DNA of 56,191 nucleotides from an uncultured Desulfobacterales bacterium (GCA_964578585.1 CAZODM010000004.1:1-56191), one strand, 5' to 3'; positions 38,358 through 47,912 are shown, numbered from the stretch's first letter. The notes: generated by a model from the letters alone, not told the origin. Translations and numbers: made by a program.

Positions 38358-39674
38358 TCAAAACTGCTCCTTCCATCTTTTTGGAAAAGCAAATATAATC
38401 ATAGTTCCACCTTCTTTTCTGTCTTCAAATAAAAGTCTACCTTGATGCTCAATAAGTATCTGACGAACTACACTAAGTCCAAGTCCTTTTGTAGTTGGGG
38501 TTTTACCCTCTAAAATTATTTCTCTTATCTCTTTAGGTAATCCTGGACCCCTATCACCTACTATTACCCTGGGGCCTTCTTCATTTAATTCTACTCTTAT
38601 TAGTACTTCCTTTCCTTCATCAGAAACATCTAGAGCATTTCTAAGCACATGCAATAGAGCTATCTTTAATATTTTTTTATTCGCCTTTATAATTATAGGT
38701 TCTTTTGAAAGCTCTAACTTAACTTTTATTCCTTTTTTAGCCTCAAGCCTAGGTAAAAACTCTTCTACCACTTCCTTTACCAGTTGATTTAAATCCTGCT
38801 TTGTAAAAAATTGAACATTAAGCCTTGCAACATTTTCAAAGTTTCTAACAATCTCTTCAAGTTTTTTAGCTTCATTAAAAATCGCCTTTATCTTTACCTT
38901 TGTAGACTCATCTACCTTTGCCTTTTTTAAAAGTGCTCTAGAAAGCCCTCCTATAGCTGTAGCAGGATTTCTAATCTTATCTGCTACCTTAAGAGCCATT
39001 TCAGCCAAAGTTCTCTCTTGTGCAAGTGCTTCAATATCTCTAGATAAACTTAAAAGTTCCTTATTCATTCTCTCAAGTCTACGATTCTGTCGAGCCTTTT
39101 CCTTTAATAATCTAAGGACTTCCTCATGTTTTATCCTAAGATTTTCAATATATGCATCTTCATCTTTTGGAAATATTTCATCCCTAATCTCTTTTTCTCG
39201 TCTCTGTAGATCTTCCCAAGAAATCCTCTCACTCCACTTTATACCAACCACCTTAAGAGGAGTTCCGTTATAGCCACCTAATACCTCCATATAATCAAAT
39301 ATCTTAGAAAGGCCCAAAAAAGGATGTAGCTCTTTTAAGTCCTTAAGAGAAAGTACACATAGATTACCGCCTTCTTTTTCTTGTTTATAGCAAGGGCTAT
39401 TCCCTTCAACACTAATCTCAATCCCAGCTCTGCCTTTATGTGAAGATACAAAATAAAATGAAATTTTCCCTCCATTTGATAGTTTGACTAATGCCCTTGC
39501 AAGCTCTGAGGCAGAGGTTGAAACTTCAATTACCTTTAACTTTCTGAAATAACTTACTTGGGCAAGCATCTTTGCCTTAAGACGCACCTTTGGTATATCT
39601 GAATCTTTACTAACTAACAGCGTAAAGATATGAAGTCTATCCTTAACTATATCTTTTGTAGTTAAAGTCTCCAC
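38358..39674 (-). CDS. RsbT-like N-terminal domain fused to a histidine-kinase-like module lacking the phospho-His
   Basis: N-terminal DIPKVR...STSASELAR (degenerate RsbT fold), coiled coil, H-box reading VADKIRNP, HATPase boxes RNA, DRGPG, GLGL. Confidence 0.8.
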   Translation of the reverse strand: METLTTKDIVKDRLHIFTLLVSKDSDIPKVRLKAKMLAQVSYFRKLKVIEVSTSASELARALVKLSNGGKISFYFVSSHKGRAGIEISVEGNSPCYKQEKEGGNLCVLSLKDLKELHPFLGLSKIFDYMEVLGGYNGTPLKVVGIKWSERISWEDLQRREKEIRDEIFPKDEDAYIENLRIKHEEVLRLLKEKARQNRRLERMNKELLSLSRDIEALAQERTLAEMALKVADKIRNPATAIGGLSRALLKKAKVDESTKVKIKAIFNEAKKLEEIVRNFENVARLNVQFFTKQDLNQLVKEVVEEFLPRLEAKKGIKVKLELSKEPIIIKANKKILKIALLHVLRNALDVSDEGKEVLIRVELNEEGPRVIVGDRGPGLPKEIREIILEGKTPTTKGLGLSVVRQILIEHQGRLLFEDRKEGGTMIIFAFPKRWKEQF

Positions 39675-40735
39675 TTGATCACCAAAATAGCCGCATCATC
39701 CTTGATATTTAAGTGTCTAAAAAGCAATTGGGTCCAGATTAGTGTAGATATATCCTTTAACATATCTGAATTCTCAAATCTTGGAATCCTACCAACTCCA
39801 TCAGTATAAAGAACAGCAAATACACTTTGGTTCTTTGATAGATCAATTGGTTCTTTGAATCTAAAAAAATCAACAGGATGAGAAAATTCATATAATTTAT
39901 CATCTAATCCTAAGGTTAACCTTAAAGACCCCTTAGCCTGTATATGTAATCTCCTTGACTTATGATCTAATTGTAACATTATCATTGCTAAGCCCTGGGT
40001 ATCACTTAAAGAAAACTCAAGGCTTTCTAATATATGTTTAATAGGCATCTGTGCTGGTATCATATTTAGCATCTTTATAGCTTGGCAAACTGCCTCTGCT
40101 GCACCATTTCCACGACCAGAACCATCCATTAAAACAAATCTGGTAAAAAATGGATTACTCACAACATGTACTCCATCTCCACATACACTGCTTCCCTGCA
40201 TTGGCTCTAATAAAGATGAAAACTCTACTTCATCATTCATAAGGGGTAAATGAGCATCCTCATCCCAAATCTGACTCACCAATATAGTGTTCCAATCAAT
40301 ATCACTAACATGAGGACAAGATTTATTAATATCACTTTTAGAACATATAGCTACACGATTTGACAACCTGTAAATAGCCCCAAGACCAGTACCAAGGGTT
40401 TCTGTAGCACTTACTCCATCTAACATAGCCCTTTTTATGGATGATATACCAGGACCTTTATCAAAACTAGAGATAGACAGAAAAGGGATGTGATTCAAAA
40501 AAGATAGATTAATCTTTAATAGTCCTCCTTGTTTGGCATGTTTCACAAGGTTTGTTCCAATCTCACTAACAACAATGGAGACTTGAGCACATCGCCTTTG
40601 GCTAAAACCAGCCTGTTGTGCTATGTTAAGAGCTATGCGTCTTGAGATAGCTACATCAGCTTGTGTAGTAATAAAAATCTGTTCAGATATGGGGCTATGT
40701 CCTCTTCTATGTGTTTCTATACAAGACCTATTCAC
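39662..40735 (-). CDS. RsbT-type Ser/Thr kinase fused to SpoIIE/RsbX-type PP2C phosphatase
   Basis: SEIGTNLVKHA, DKGPGI, LGTGLG; then CGDG, DGSGRG, YTDGV, DDAAIL. Confidence 0.82.
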   Translation of the reverse strand: MNRSCIETHRRGHSPISEQIFITTQADVAISRRIALNIAQQAGFSQRRCAQVSIVVSEIGTNLVKHAKQGGLLKINLSFLNHIPFLSISSFDKGPGISSIKRAMLDGVSATETLGTGLGAIYRLSNRVAICSKSDINKSCPHVSDIDWNTILVSQIWDEDAHLPLMNDEVEFSSLLEPMQGSSVCGDGVHVVSNPFFTRFVLMDGSGRGNGAAEAVCQAIKMLNMIPAQMPIKHILESLEFSLSDTQGLAMIMLQLDHKSRRLHIQAKGSLRLTLGLDDKLYEFSHPVDFFRFKEPIDLSKNQSVFAVLYTDGVGRIPRFENSDMLKDISTLIWTQLLFRHLNIKDDAAILVIKWRL

Positions 40736-41091
40736 ATCAATCTTTCCAAAGCGTGATCTACATCTATAGCAAAATCCACCCCGGAAATCTTTATACCAAA
40801 TTCTAAAAGGGTGATTATGGTGGGAGCTTTGAGTCCACTTATAACTGCCTTAGCCTTTAGCAGGGAGGCAATCGATGCAATATTAGAAAGTTTCGATGCA
40901 AGATACGAATCAACAACATCTATATTAGATAAATCAACTATTATTCCTTTTGCACTGCTTCGCACTATTTCTTTAGATAAACAATCTAGTAAAGTATTTA
41001 TATCAGTGTCGTCTATCTCTTCACTGATATGCACCAAAAGTATTGAACCAATTGGTGAGATAGAGAATTTAGAATCTCTTTTCGGCTCCAT
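40732..41091 (-). CDS. rsbS: Stressosome STAS antagonist RsbS
   Basis: 119-aa STAS, GIIVDLSNIDVVDSYLA (phospho-Ser motif). Confidence 0.85.
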   Translation of the reverse strand: MEPKRDSKFSISPIGSILLVHISEEIDDTDINTLLDCLSKEIVRSSAKGIIVDLSNIDVVDSYLASKLSNIASIASLLKAKAVISGLKAPTIITLLEFGIKISGVDFAIDVDHALERLM

Positions 41092-41961
41092 TTATCTCTT
41101 AACTAATTTCTTTATAGTATCTTCTGAAGAGCTATATTTAATAAACTCAGAAAGTGCCATGTGTAAGGCATCACTCATTCTTCCTTGAACAACTATATTG
41201 CTCATATCCACTCCAATTTGAGCCATTGTACGTGCTATATGGGGACTAATACCTGTAAGTATAGCCCTACTTCCCATCAGTTTTACTGCATCTACTGTTT
41301 GTAGTATGTGATTTGCCACCTCTTCATCAACAGTAGGAACCCCTGTAATATCAATTATTACAAATGGTGATCTTGTTCTCTCTATAGCTTCAAGGAGTCT
41401 TTCAGTAGCAAGTTTTGCTCTATGACTATCTAAAGTACCTACCAAAGGCAGGGCTAAAACTCCATCCCATACCTCTATGACAGGAGTAGAAAGCTCAAGT
41501 ATCTCTTCTTGAAGATGCCTTATGTCTTCCTCTCTCTTTTTTAAGAGTTCTTCTTGTTGCTTTACGATTATTCGTTCCTTTTCAAGACGTTCACTTATAT
41601 CAATAAAGTGTTCTACACAACCTATAGTCTTACCTTCAAAATTTTTAAGTGGACGAGCTGCATACTCTATAGGAATTTCCTTTCCATCTTTATACATTAC
41701 TGAGAGTCCTCTTATAGTGGAATTCGACTCCACAGCCCTTCTACAAGTACACTCTTCAGTATTACACATAGGAGTCTTAAATATCTCCCAACACTTTCGA
41801 TCAAAACACTCTCCAGGACTCTTCCCTACCATCTCTGCAGCGGCCTTATTGACCATTAATATATTGTGTTCTTTATCAATAACAAAAATTCCAGATGGAA
41901 CAGCATTTATAACTTGATCCAAAAAGGGATCTTGATCAAAATCAATAGCGATCTTACTCAT
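41092..41961 (-). CDS. rsbR: Stressosome sensor RsbR (PAS + STAS)
   Basis: Cys-rich PAS ending FIDISER; ELSTPVI, PLVGTLDS, IDITGV, TGISP STAS motifs. Confidence 0.88.
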   Translation of the reverse strand: MSKIAIDFDQDPFLDQVINAVPSGIFVIDKEHNILMVNKAAAEMVGKSPGECFDRKCWEIFKTPMCNTEECTCRRAVESNSTIRGLSVMYKDGKEIPIEYAARPLKNFEGKTIGCVEHFIDISERLEKERIIVKQQEELLKKREEDIRHLQEEILELSTPVIEVWDGVLALPLVGTLDSHRAKLATERLLEAIERTRSPFVIIDITGVPTVDEEVANHILQTVDAVKLMGSRAILTGISPHIARTMAQIGVDMSNIVVQGRMSDALHMALSEFIKYSSSEDTIKKLVKR

Positions 41962-42122
41962 GAATAGATCCTTTTGTTAAAAATGATACAATCTTATAAT
42001 TTAAGAATGCACTAGAATCTACACTAGGGTCAAGCAAAAAATCCCTGCTTGGGTTTAAAATTAAAAATGAAGGGCAAAACAGATAAGCAATAAGATAAAT
42101 TAAAATTAACTACACTATAAAA

Positions 42123-42350
42123 TTAAATAGCACATTGTTTATTAATAAATCTTTTATTTTGAGATCTTATAAGTGCCTGATTAAAAGCAATTTGAATAGG
42201 ATCTGCCTTTTTAAAGAATCTACATTTTATAACTGGCAAATTTATAATAGATGCAGTCTTACAAGAGGCTCTATGTCTACAACTTATACATATAGAGGAA
42301 CTTGTAAACGTAAAATCTAATACTATATCCTTAACTGTAGGTTTTATCAT
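42123..42350 (-). CDS. Small Cys-rich hypothetical protein (putative metal-binding)
   Basis: Strong RBS AGAGGAGAGGAG; C-x2-C-x5-C-x12-C pattern. Confidence 0.55.
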   Translation of the reverse strand: MIKPTVKDIVLDFTFTSSSICISCRHRASCKTASIINLPVIKCRFFKKADPIQIAFNQALIRSQNKRFINKQCAI

Positions 42351-42363
42351 GCTCCTCTCCTCT

Positions 42364-42389
42364 AAAGTGTAGATTTTTGCCTACATTTT
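42364..42389. promoter_or_regulatory. Inverted repeat (operator or hairpin) between pilS and the small ORF
   Basis: AAAG-TGTAG-N8-CTACA-TTTT. Confidence 0.4.
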
Positions 42390-42419
42390 TTAGCTTTAAA
42401 TTTTAACCAAAGCTAAGTT

Positions 42420-44192
42420 TCATCCTCTTATTCCTACATCTTTTATATTATTTGCAATAGATATGCCCTTATTTATTTTTCGGAAAGATATTGGATCAAT
42501 CTTAACAGGTTCCTCTATTTCTTCTTTATCAAGTTTATAGGGTTTATAAGGTAGTTTTATAATAAAAGTTGTACCCTTGCCTAATTCTGATTTTACCTGA
42601 ATATCTCCACCATGAGCATTTATCAATCTATGTACAACAGAAAGGCCTAATCCTGTACCATCTGCCCTTGTTGTAAAAAAGGGATCAAAGATATGTGGTA
42701 TATCCTTTGGATCTATCCCCTTGCCCGTATCTTTTATAATTATTTCTACAAAGTTGTCTCGCTTATGTGCATGAATACTGATTTCACCTCCTTGTTGAGA
42801 TAAGGCTTGTCTTGCATTTAATACTAAATTCAATATTACCTGCCTAAATTGGTCTGGATCCATTACTACATTTAGATCCTCACTTATATCTAAATTAAAC
42901 TTACAAGGCGGGAGCCCCTTTCTCTGGGATATAAGTTCAATGATTGTCTTTATCTCTTTTAATATAGCAACGGGTTTACCTGCCCCTTTTTCTGGTCTAG
43001 CATAAAGCAAAAACGTCTCTGTTAGCCTGTTTAATCGCTCACTTTCTCTAGTTATAATCTTAATAAGTCTTTCACCTTCTGGTTTTATAAGATCTGCTTC
43101 TGCCAAAAACTGAGCTGCACCACAAAGAGAAGCCAAGGGATTTCTAATTTCATGAGCAAGTCCTGCTGCCATCTCCCCTAGTGCTGCAAGCTTATCCATG
43201 CGTTGAAGTCTCTCTTCTCTAGCCTTAATCTCTGTTATGTCTTGAAATATAAGTCCAAAGCCAATACTATGGCCTTCTTCATCCGTAAGAGGGAAAATAG
43301 AAATACCTAAAAATTTCTCCCTACCTGTTTTATCTTTTAAGATTAATTCATTTCTATTCATGTTATTATCCTGATTAATAGGAGTTACAAGTAACTTGTA
43401 TGCCTCTGGCCATATATCTTTTAAGGGTTTTGCATAAAATAGCCCAATATCAATATCTAATATCTCTGAAGCAGCTTGATTAAAGAATGTAATCCTTAAC
43501 TCATTATCTACAGTGATAAGACCAGATCTAATACTCCTTGCTAAGTGACGCTGTATTTGCTCCATTCTTCTAAGGTCTACCTGCGCCTTACTAAGCCTTG
43601 ACTGAATAAGCTTAAGCCTTTGAGCAAGAGTTACACCAAGGGCAGCTGTTATGTTAAAAGCAGCCATGTTTAAAAAAAAGGTAAACATACTACTGTTTGA
43701 ATTAATATGAGGCCAAAGACAAAGAAGAGCGAATGCTATGGTACTTAAAACAGCAGATACTGTACCGCCAGTTCTCCCCATTAATAAAGAGGCGCTTACT
43801 ATTATGAGTGGATACAAAAAAGTAAAAGGGCTTCTTGATTCTCCCGTCCAATAAACAGCAAGTGTTACAAGTAGCACATCGATTATGATCTGAGACCAAA
43901 TTAAAATAGAAGTAGCCCTACCCCACTTTGCCCAAATGGCATATATAGCAGAAAGCAAAAAAGAAAGTCCTAATAAGAGACTTAATCTTATAGTTGCAGG
44001 ATTTGTTGAATTAGAAAAACGGGCTCCTACATAGGTTACAACCAAAAGTAAAAGTAAGATTATAACCCTTCCTAGGGTTAGCCAATTTAAAAGCCTAAGT
44101 CTTTGTCCTTTAGAGTCTATGTTTTGCAAGTCTATACCTAAAAGACCTAAAATTAATCCCCAAAAGTTTTGCTGCCTCTGTCTTAACACCAC
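42420..44192 (-). CDS. pilS: PilS-like membrane sensor histidine kinase (multi-TM, PAS, HisKA, HATPase)
   Basis: GESRSPFTFLYPL membrane motif, PAS, AHEIRNPLAS, DPFFTT, GTGLGL. True start is probably near 44129, at the end of pilR. Confidence 0.8.
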   Translation of the reverse strand: MVLRQRQQNFWGLILGLLGIDLQNIDSKGQRLRLLNWLTLGRVIILLLLLVVTYVGARFSNSTNPATIRLSLLLGLSFLLSAIYAIWAKWGRATSILIWSQIIIDVLLVTLAVYWTGESRSPFTFLYPLIIVSASLLMGRTGGTVSAVLSTIAFALLCLWPHINSNSSMFTFFLNMAAFNITAALGVTLAQRLKLIQSRLSKAQVDLRRMEQIQRHLARSIRSGLITVDNELRITFFNQAASEILDIDIGLFYAKPLKDIWPEAYKLLVTPINQDNNMNRNELILKDKTGREKFLGISIFPLTDEEGHSIGFGLIFQDITEIKAREERLQRMDKLAALGEMAAGLAHEIRNPLASLCGAAQFLAEADLIKPEGERLIKIITRESERLNRLTETFLLYARPEKGAGKPVAILKEIKTIIELISQRKGLPPCKFNLDISEDLNVVMDPDQFRQVILNLVLNARQALSQQGGEISIHAHKRDNFVEIIIKDTGKGIDPKDIPHIFDPFFTTRADGTGLGLSVVHRLINAHGGDIQVKSELGKGTTFIIKLPYKPYKLDKEEIEEPVKIDPISFRKINKGISIANNIKDVGIRG

Positions 44193-45549
44193 CTGTACGT
44201 TCTAGTGCCTGCTTTAAAAATCTTCTTTCAATGGAGTCCAAAAAGGCATCTAGATCAATTCCTTCTGCAGGTAACTCAAAGGGATTTGTTTCTTTTTCTT
44301 GTTGTTTATTATTTTGTTTAGCCTTATACTGAGCAAGAGAAAGACTCTCTGGCAATATTAAATTTGATGTAGAAAGTGCAACACTTCTTTCTATGATATT
44401 TTCAAGCTCTCTAACATTCCCAGGAAATGGATATTCCATAAGGGCTTTCATTGCATAACTTGAAATCCCCTGTAGAGACTTCCCTTGTTCTTTAGAATAC
44501 TTATCTAAAAAATACTGAACTAATACAGGAATATCTTCCTTTCTCTCCCTAAGCGGTGGCATATGAATATTGATTACATTCAATCTATAGTAGAGATCCT
44601 CTCTAAATCTGCCTTCCATCACTTCTTTCTCAAGATCTCTATTGGTAGCGGAGATTATCCTTACATCTACCTTTATCTCCTTAGTACTCCCCAATGGTGT
44701 AAATGCCCTATTTTGTACAACCCTTAATAGTTTAACCTGAAGCGTGGGCGGAAGCTCTCCTATCTCATCTAAAAATATTGTTCCATAATGGGCTAATGCA
44801 AAAAGCCCTTTTTTCTCACTAACCGCTCCTGTAAATGCACCTTTTGCATGACCAAAAAGCTCACTTTCTAAAAGATTTTCTGGGATTCCACCACAATTTA
44901 CTACTACAAAAGGCTTATCCTTGCGAGGACTAAGATCATGTATAGCCCTTGCTACAAGCTCTTTACCTGTTCCGCTTTCACCAGTTATAAGAACATTTGA
45001 GTTACTCTGTGCTACACGAGGAATAAGTTGAAAGACCTTTAACATAGAGGGACTTTTAGCTATCATCCCTCCTAACCTATAAACCTTCTCACCTTGAGAA
45101 GTCCCAAAACTCTGAGGCTTTGATGAGACCAATAAAGCCTGCCTTACAACCTTTCTTAGTTCATCTAGATTAAATGGCTTTGTAATATAGTCCCAAGCTC
45201 CCTCCTTCATTGCAGAAACAGCAGTCTCCATAGAGGCAAAGGCTGTTATTAAAATTACTGGTAAGGAGGGATACTCTGCCTTTATATGTCTTAATAAAGA
45301 AACACCATCCATACCAGGAAGGCGCACATCACTTAGGACCAAATCTATAGACTCTTCAGCCATTACTTGAATAGCTTCCTCTGCTGAAGCAGCAAGAAAG
45401 ACACGGTAGCCCTCTCTTTTAAAAAAGATCTCTAAAAATTCTCTTAAACTAGTATCATCATCTACAACTAATACACTAGTAGTATCTTCCTGTTGTGCTT
45501 TATTGAGCTCGTTTTTATCAAAGATTAATTCTGCAATATCCATAACCAA
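44110..45549 (-). CDS. pilR: Sigma54-dependent response regulator, PilR-like
   Basis: REC; GESGTGKE; GAFTGA; FREDLYYRL; C-terminal HTH FRSFRYRLAK typical of PilR. Confidence 0.85.
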   Translation of the reverse strand: MVMDIAELIFDKNELNKAQQEDTTSVLVVDDDTSLREFLEIFFKREGYRVFLAASAEEAIQVMAEESIDLVLSDVRLPGMDGVSLLRHIKAEYPSLPVILITAFASMETAVSAMKEGAWDYITKPFNLDELRKVVRQALLVSSKPQSFGTSQGEKVYRLGGMIAKSPSMLKVFQLIPRVAQSNSNVLITGESGTGKELVARAIHDLSPRKDKPFVVVNCGGIPENLLESELFGHAKGAFTGAVSEKKGLFALAHYGTIFLDEIGELPPTLQVKLLRVVQNRAFTPLGSTKEIKVDVRIISATNRDLEKEVMEGRFREDLYYRLNVINIHMPPLRERKEDIPVLVQYFLDKYSKEQGKSLQGISSYAMKALMEYPFPGNVRELENIIERSVALSTSNLILPESLSLAQYKAKQNNKQQEKETNPFELPAEGIDLDAFLDSIERRFLKQALERTGGVKTEAAKLLGINFRSFRYRLAKHRL

Positions 45550-45567
45550 CTTGCCTCCTCACCTTTC

Positions 45568-45595
45568 TTATCGTCAAAAGAGGACAGCAATTAAT
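45568..45595 (-). promoter_or_regulatory. Putative sigma28 promoter for pilR-pilS
   Basis: Minus strand ATTAA-N15-GACGATAA immediately upstream of the GAGGAGG RBS. Confidence 0.4.
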
Positions 45596-45669
45596 ATTTC
45601 AGATAACTATGAAGTGAAAACAGAGGGATAAAAAGAAATGAAAATAAAATATAGGAAAGAGATTAAAGA

Positions 45670-46980
45670 TTATAAAAGATTAAGTAGATCAAAAGTTATA
45701 AAAGAATCACATACAGTAAGTATTGCTCTACCCTTTAAGGTCTTACCCAAAAATGGTGAATTATAGCTTTTACTATATAGATTTTCTTTGCTAACTTTAA
45801 ATTCTAAGTCTGGATCAATAATAACAAAACTTGCTGGCTCACCAATAGTTAAAGAGCTTGGCTTTAGTCCAAGGATTTTATATGGATTTAAAGATAGTTT
45901 TGCTATAAGCTCCATTGGAGTTAGATATCCATTTCTCACAAGTTCAAGAGAAAGTGGGATACTTGTCTCAAGTCCTATAATACCATTAGCAGCTAGAGGA
46001 AATTCTAGATCCTTTTCAAGCTCACTGTGAGGAGCATGATCTGTAGCAATAACATCTATTGTCCCATCTCTTAACCCATCGATAATAGCCTCTACATCTT
46101 CTTTAGATCTTAATGGTGGATTCATTTTAGCATTTGTATTATAGCCAATAACTGCCTCATGAGTTAGAGAAAAATAATGAGGAGCTGTCTCTGCACTTAC
46201 TCTTATCCCTTGTTTTTTAGCCTCTCTTATAATGTTTACAGACTCTTTTGTACTAACATGTGCAATATGAAGCCTTGCTCCAGTAAAGGCTGAAAGCCTA
46301 ATATCTCTGTAAATAGCCACTTCCTCTGCTGCAGAAGGAATGCCTTTTAACCCTAACATAGTAGAAATAGGGCCTTCATTCATACAACCTTCTTTACTGA
46401 GTTCAAGCTCTTCAGAATGAGAAATGATGAGCATGTTAAACCCAAGTGCATATTCAAGTGCTACACGCATTACATTTGCATTTACTACAGGACGTCCATC
46501 ATCTGAAAGAGCTATTGCACCAGCCTCTTTCAGGTCTCCAAATTCTGTAAGGCTTTCTCCTTTTTGTCCTTTAGTAATTGCAGCAATGGGATATACTTTA
46601 CAAAAGCCCTCTTTTTCTGCCTTTTCTAAAATAAATCTAGTAACAGATGGACTATCATTTACAGGATTGGTATTTGGCATACAACAAACAGCATTAAATC
46701 CACCAGCAGCAGCAGCTCTTGTACCTGTAAGGATAGTCTCTTTATATTCTTCACCAGGCTCCCTTAAGTGAACATGCATATCTATAAGCGCAGGACAAAA
46801 CCACTTACCTCTTAGTTCAACTGTCTTTACCCCTTCAATATCTTCAACATGTCCAATAGATGCTATTTTTCCATCTTTTATAAGGATATCTGTCTCTTGA
46901 TCAATGTTGTTAAGAGGATCAATAATCCTTACACCCTTAAAAACTACGGGAATATCTAACTTGTTTACATCTCTATTCAT
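45670..46980 (-). CDS. pyrC: Dihydroorotase (long type)
   Basis: DMHVHLREPG, MPNT, KMNPPLR, TDHAPH. Confidence 0.95.
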   Translation of the reverse strand: MNRDVNKLDIPVVFKGVRIIDPLNNIDQETDILIKDGKIASIGHVEDIEGVKTVELRGKWFCPALIDMHVHLREPGEEYKETILTGTRAAAAGGFNAVCCMPNTNPVNDSPSVTRFILEKAEKEGFCKVYPIAAITKGQKGESLTEFGDLKEAGAIALSDDGRPVVNANVMRVALEYALGFNMLIISHSEELELSKEGCMNEGPISTMLGLKGIPSAAEEVAIYRDIRLSAFTGARLHIAHVSTKESVNIIREAKKQGIRVSAETAPHYFSLTHEAVIGYNTNAKMNPPLRSKEDVEAIIDGLRDGTIDVIATDHAPHSELEKDLEFPLAANGIIGLETSIPLSLELVRNGYLTPMELIAKLSLNPYKILGLKPSSLTIGEPASFVIIDPDLEFKVSKENLYSKSYNSPFLGKTLKGRAILTVCDSFITFDLLNLL

Positions 46981-47909
46981 CTATAACTCTCCCCTGAAAG
47001 TAATAACACTAAAAGTGCCATCCTAACTGCTACACCATTTGTTACCTGATCAAGTATTATGGAATTAGTAGCATCTGCTACATCAGGGGTCATCTCAACG
47101 CCTCTATTAATTGGACCAGGATGCATAATTAGTACATCTTTAGATGCAAGCTTAACACGCTTTTTATTTATTCCATAACGAATCGAATACTCTCTAATAG
47201 AGGGTATTAATACTTTACCCTGCCTTTCTTTTTGTATTCTAAGGGCTATTATTACATCTGCTCCATCTAATGCTTTATCTATATCTAGCTCTAGCCTTGC
47301 TCCAAGCCTTTCTATATCGCGTGGGATTAAAGTTGCAGGACCACAAACAGTTACTAAGGCACCCATCTTATTAAAGGCTAATATATCTGAATGAGCTACT
47401 CTACTGTGTTTTATATCACCAACAATTACTACCTTTAGTCCTTTAAAACCTCCCTTTTTTTCTCGTACAGACATTAAATCTAATAAGGCCTGAGTGGGAT
47501 GTTCATTCATTCCATCACCAGCATTAATCACACTTGCATTTATCCTATTAGCTATAAGATGAGGGGCTCCAGAACAAAAATGACGCATAATTACAATGTC
47601 TGGCTTCATTGCCTCTATATTTCTAGCAGTATCTATGAGAGTTTCACCCTTAACTACACTGGATGTACTAGCAGATACAGATACAGTATCTGCACTTAGC
47701 CTCTTAGCAGCTAGCTCAAAGGAAAGACGTGTACGAGTACTTGGTTCAAAAAATAGATGTACAACTGTTCGACCTCTAAGGGTTGGAACCTTTTTAATAG
47801 GACGATCTAATATCTCTTTTAAAGAATCTGCTGTATCCAAGATAAAAGCTATATCTTGTGTACTTAATTGATTAATACTCAATATATGGCGGTGAGAAAA
47901 TTGTATCAT
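46977..47909 (-). CDS. pyrB: Aspartate carbamoyltransferase catalytic subunit
   Basis: FEPSTRT, HPTQALLD, RIQKER, HPGP. Confidence 0.96.
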   Translation of the reverse strand: MIQFSHRHILSINQLSTQDIAFILDTADSLKEILDRPIKKVPTLRGRTVVHLFFEPSTRTRLSFELAAKRLSADTVSVSASTSSVVKGETLIDTARNIEAMKPDIVIMRHFCSGAPHLIANRINASVINAGDGMNEHPTQALLDLMSVREKKGGFKGLKVVIVGDIKHSRVAHSDILAFNKMGALVTVCGPATLIPRDIERLGARLELDIDKALDGADVIIALRIQKERQGKVLIPSIREYSIRYGINKKRVKLASKDVLIMHPGPINRGVEMTPDVADATNSIILDQVTNGVAVRMALLVLLLSGESYR

Positions 47910-47912
47910 GAC

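Noticed and set aside
42135-42320. 61-aa plus-strand ORF
   Set aside because: Antisense to the 75-aa ORF, which has the strong RBS, the Cys motif and the strand of its neighbours.
42015-42375. Repeated AATCTACA/TGTAGATT words near 42016, 42217 and 42368 as element ends
   Set aside because: Only 8-10 bp in AT-rich DNA, with no target-site duplication or transposase; compatible with chance.
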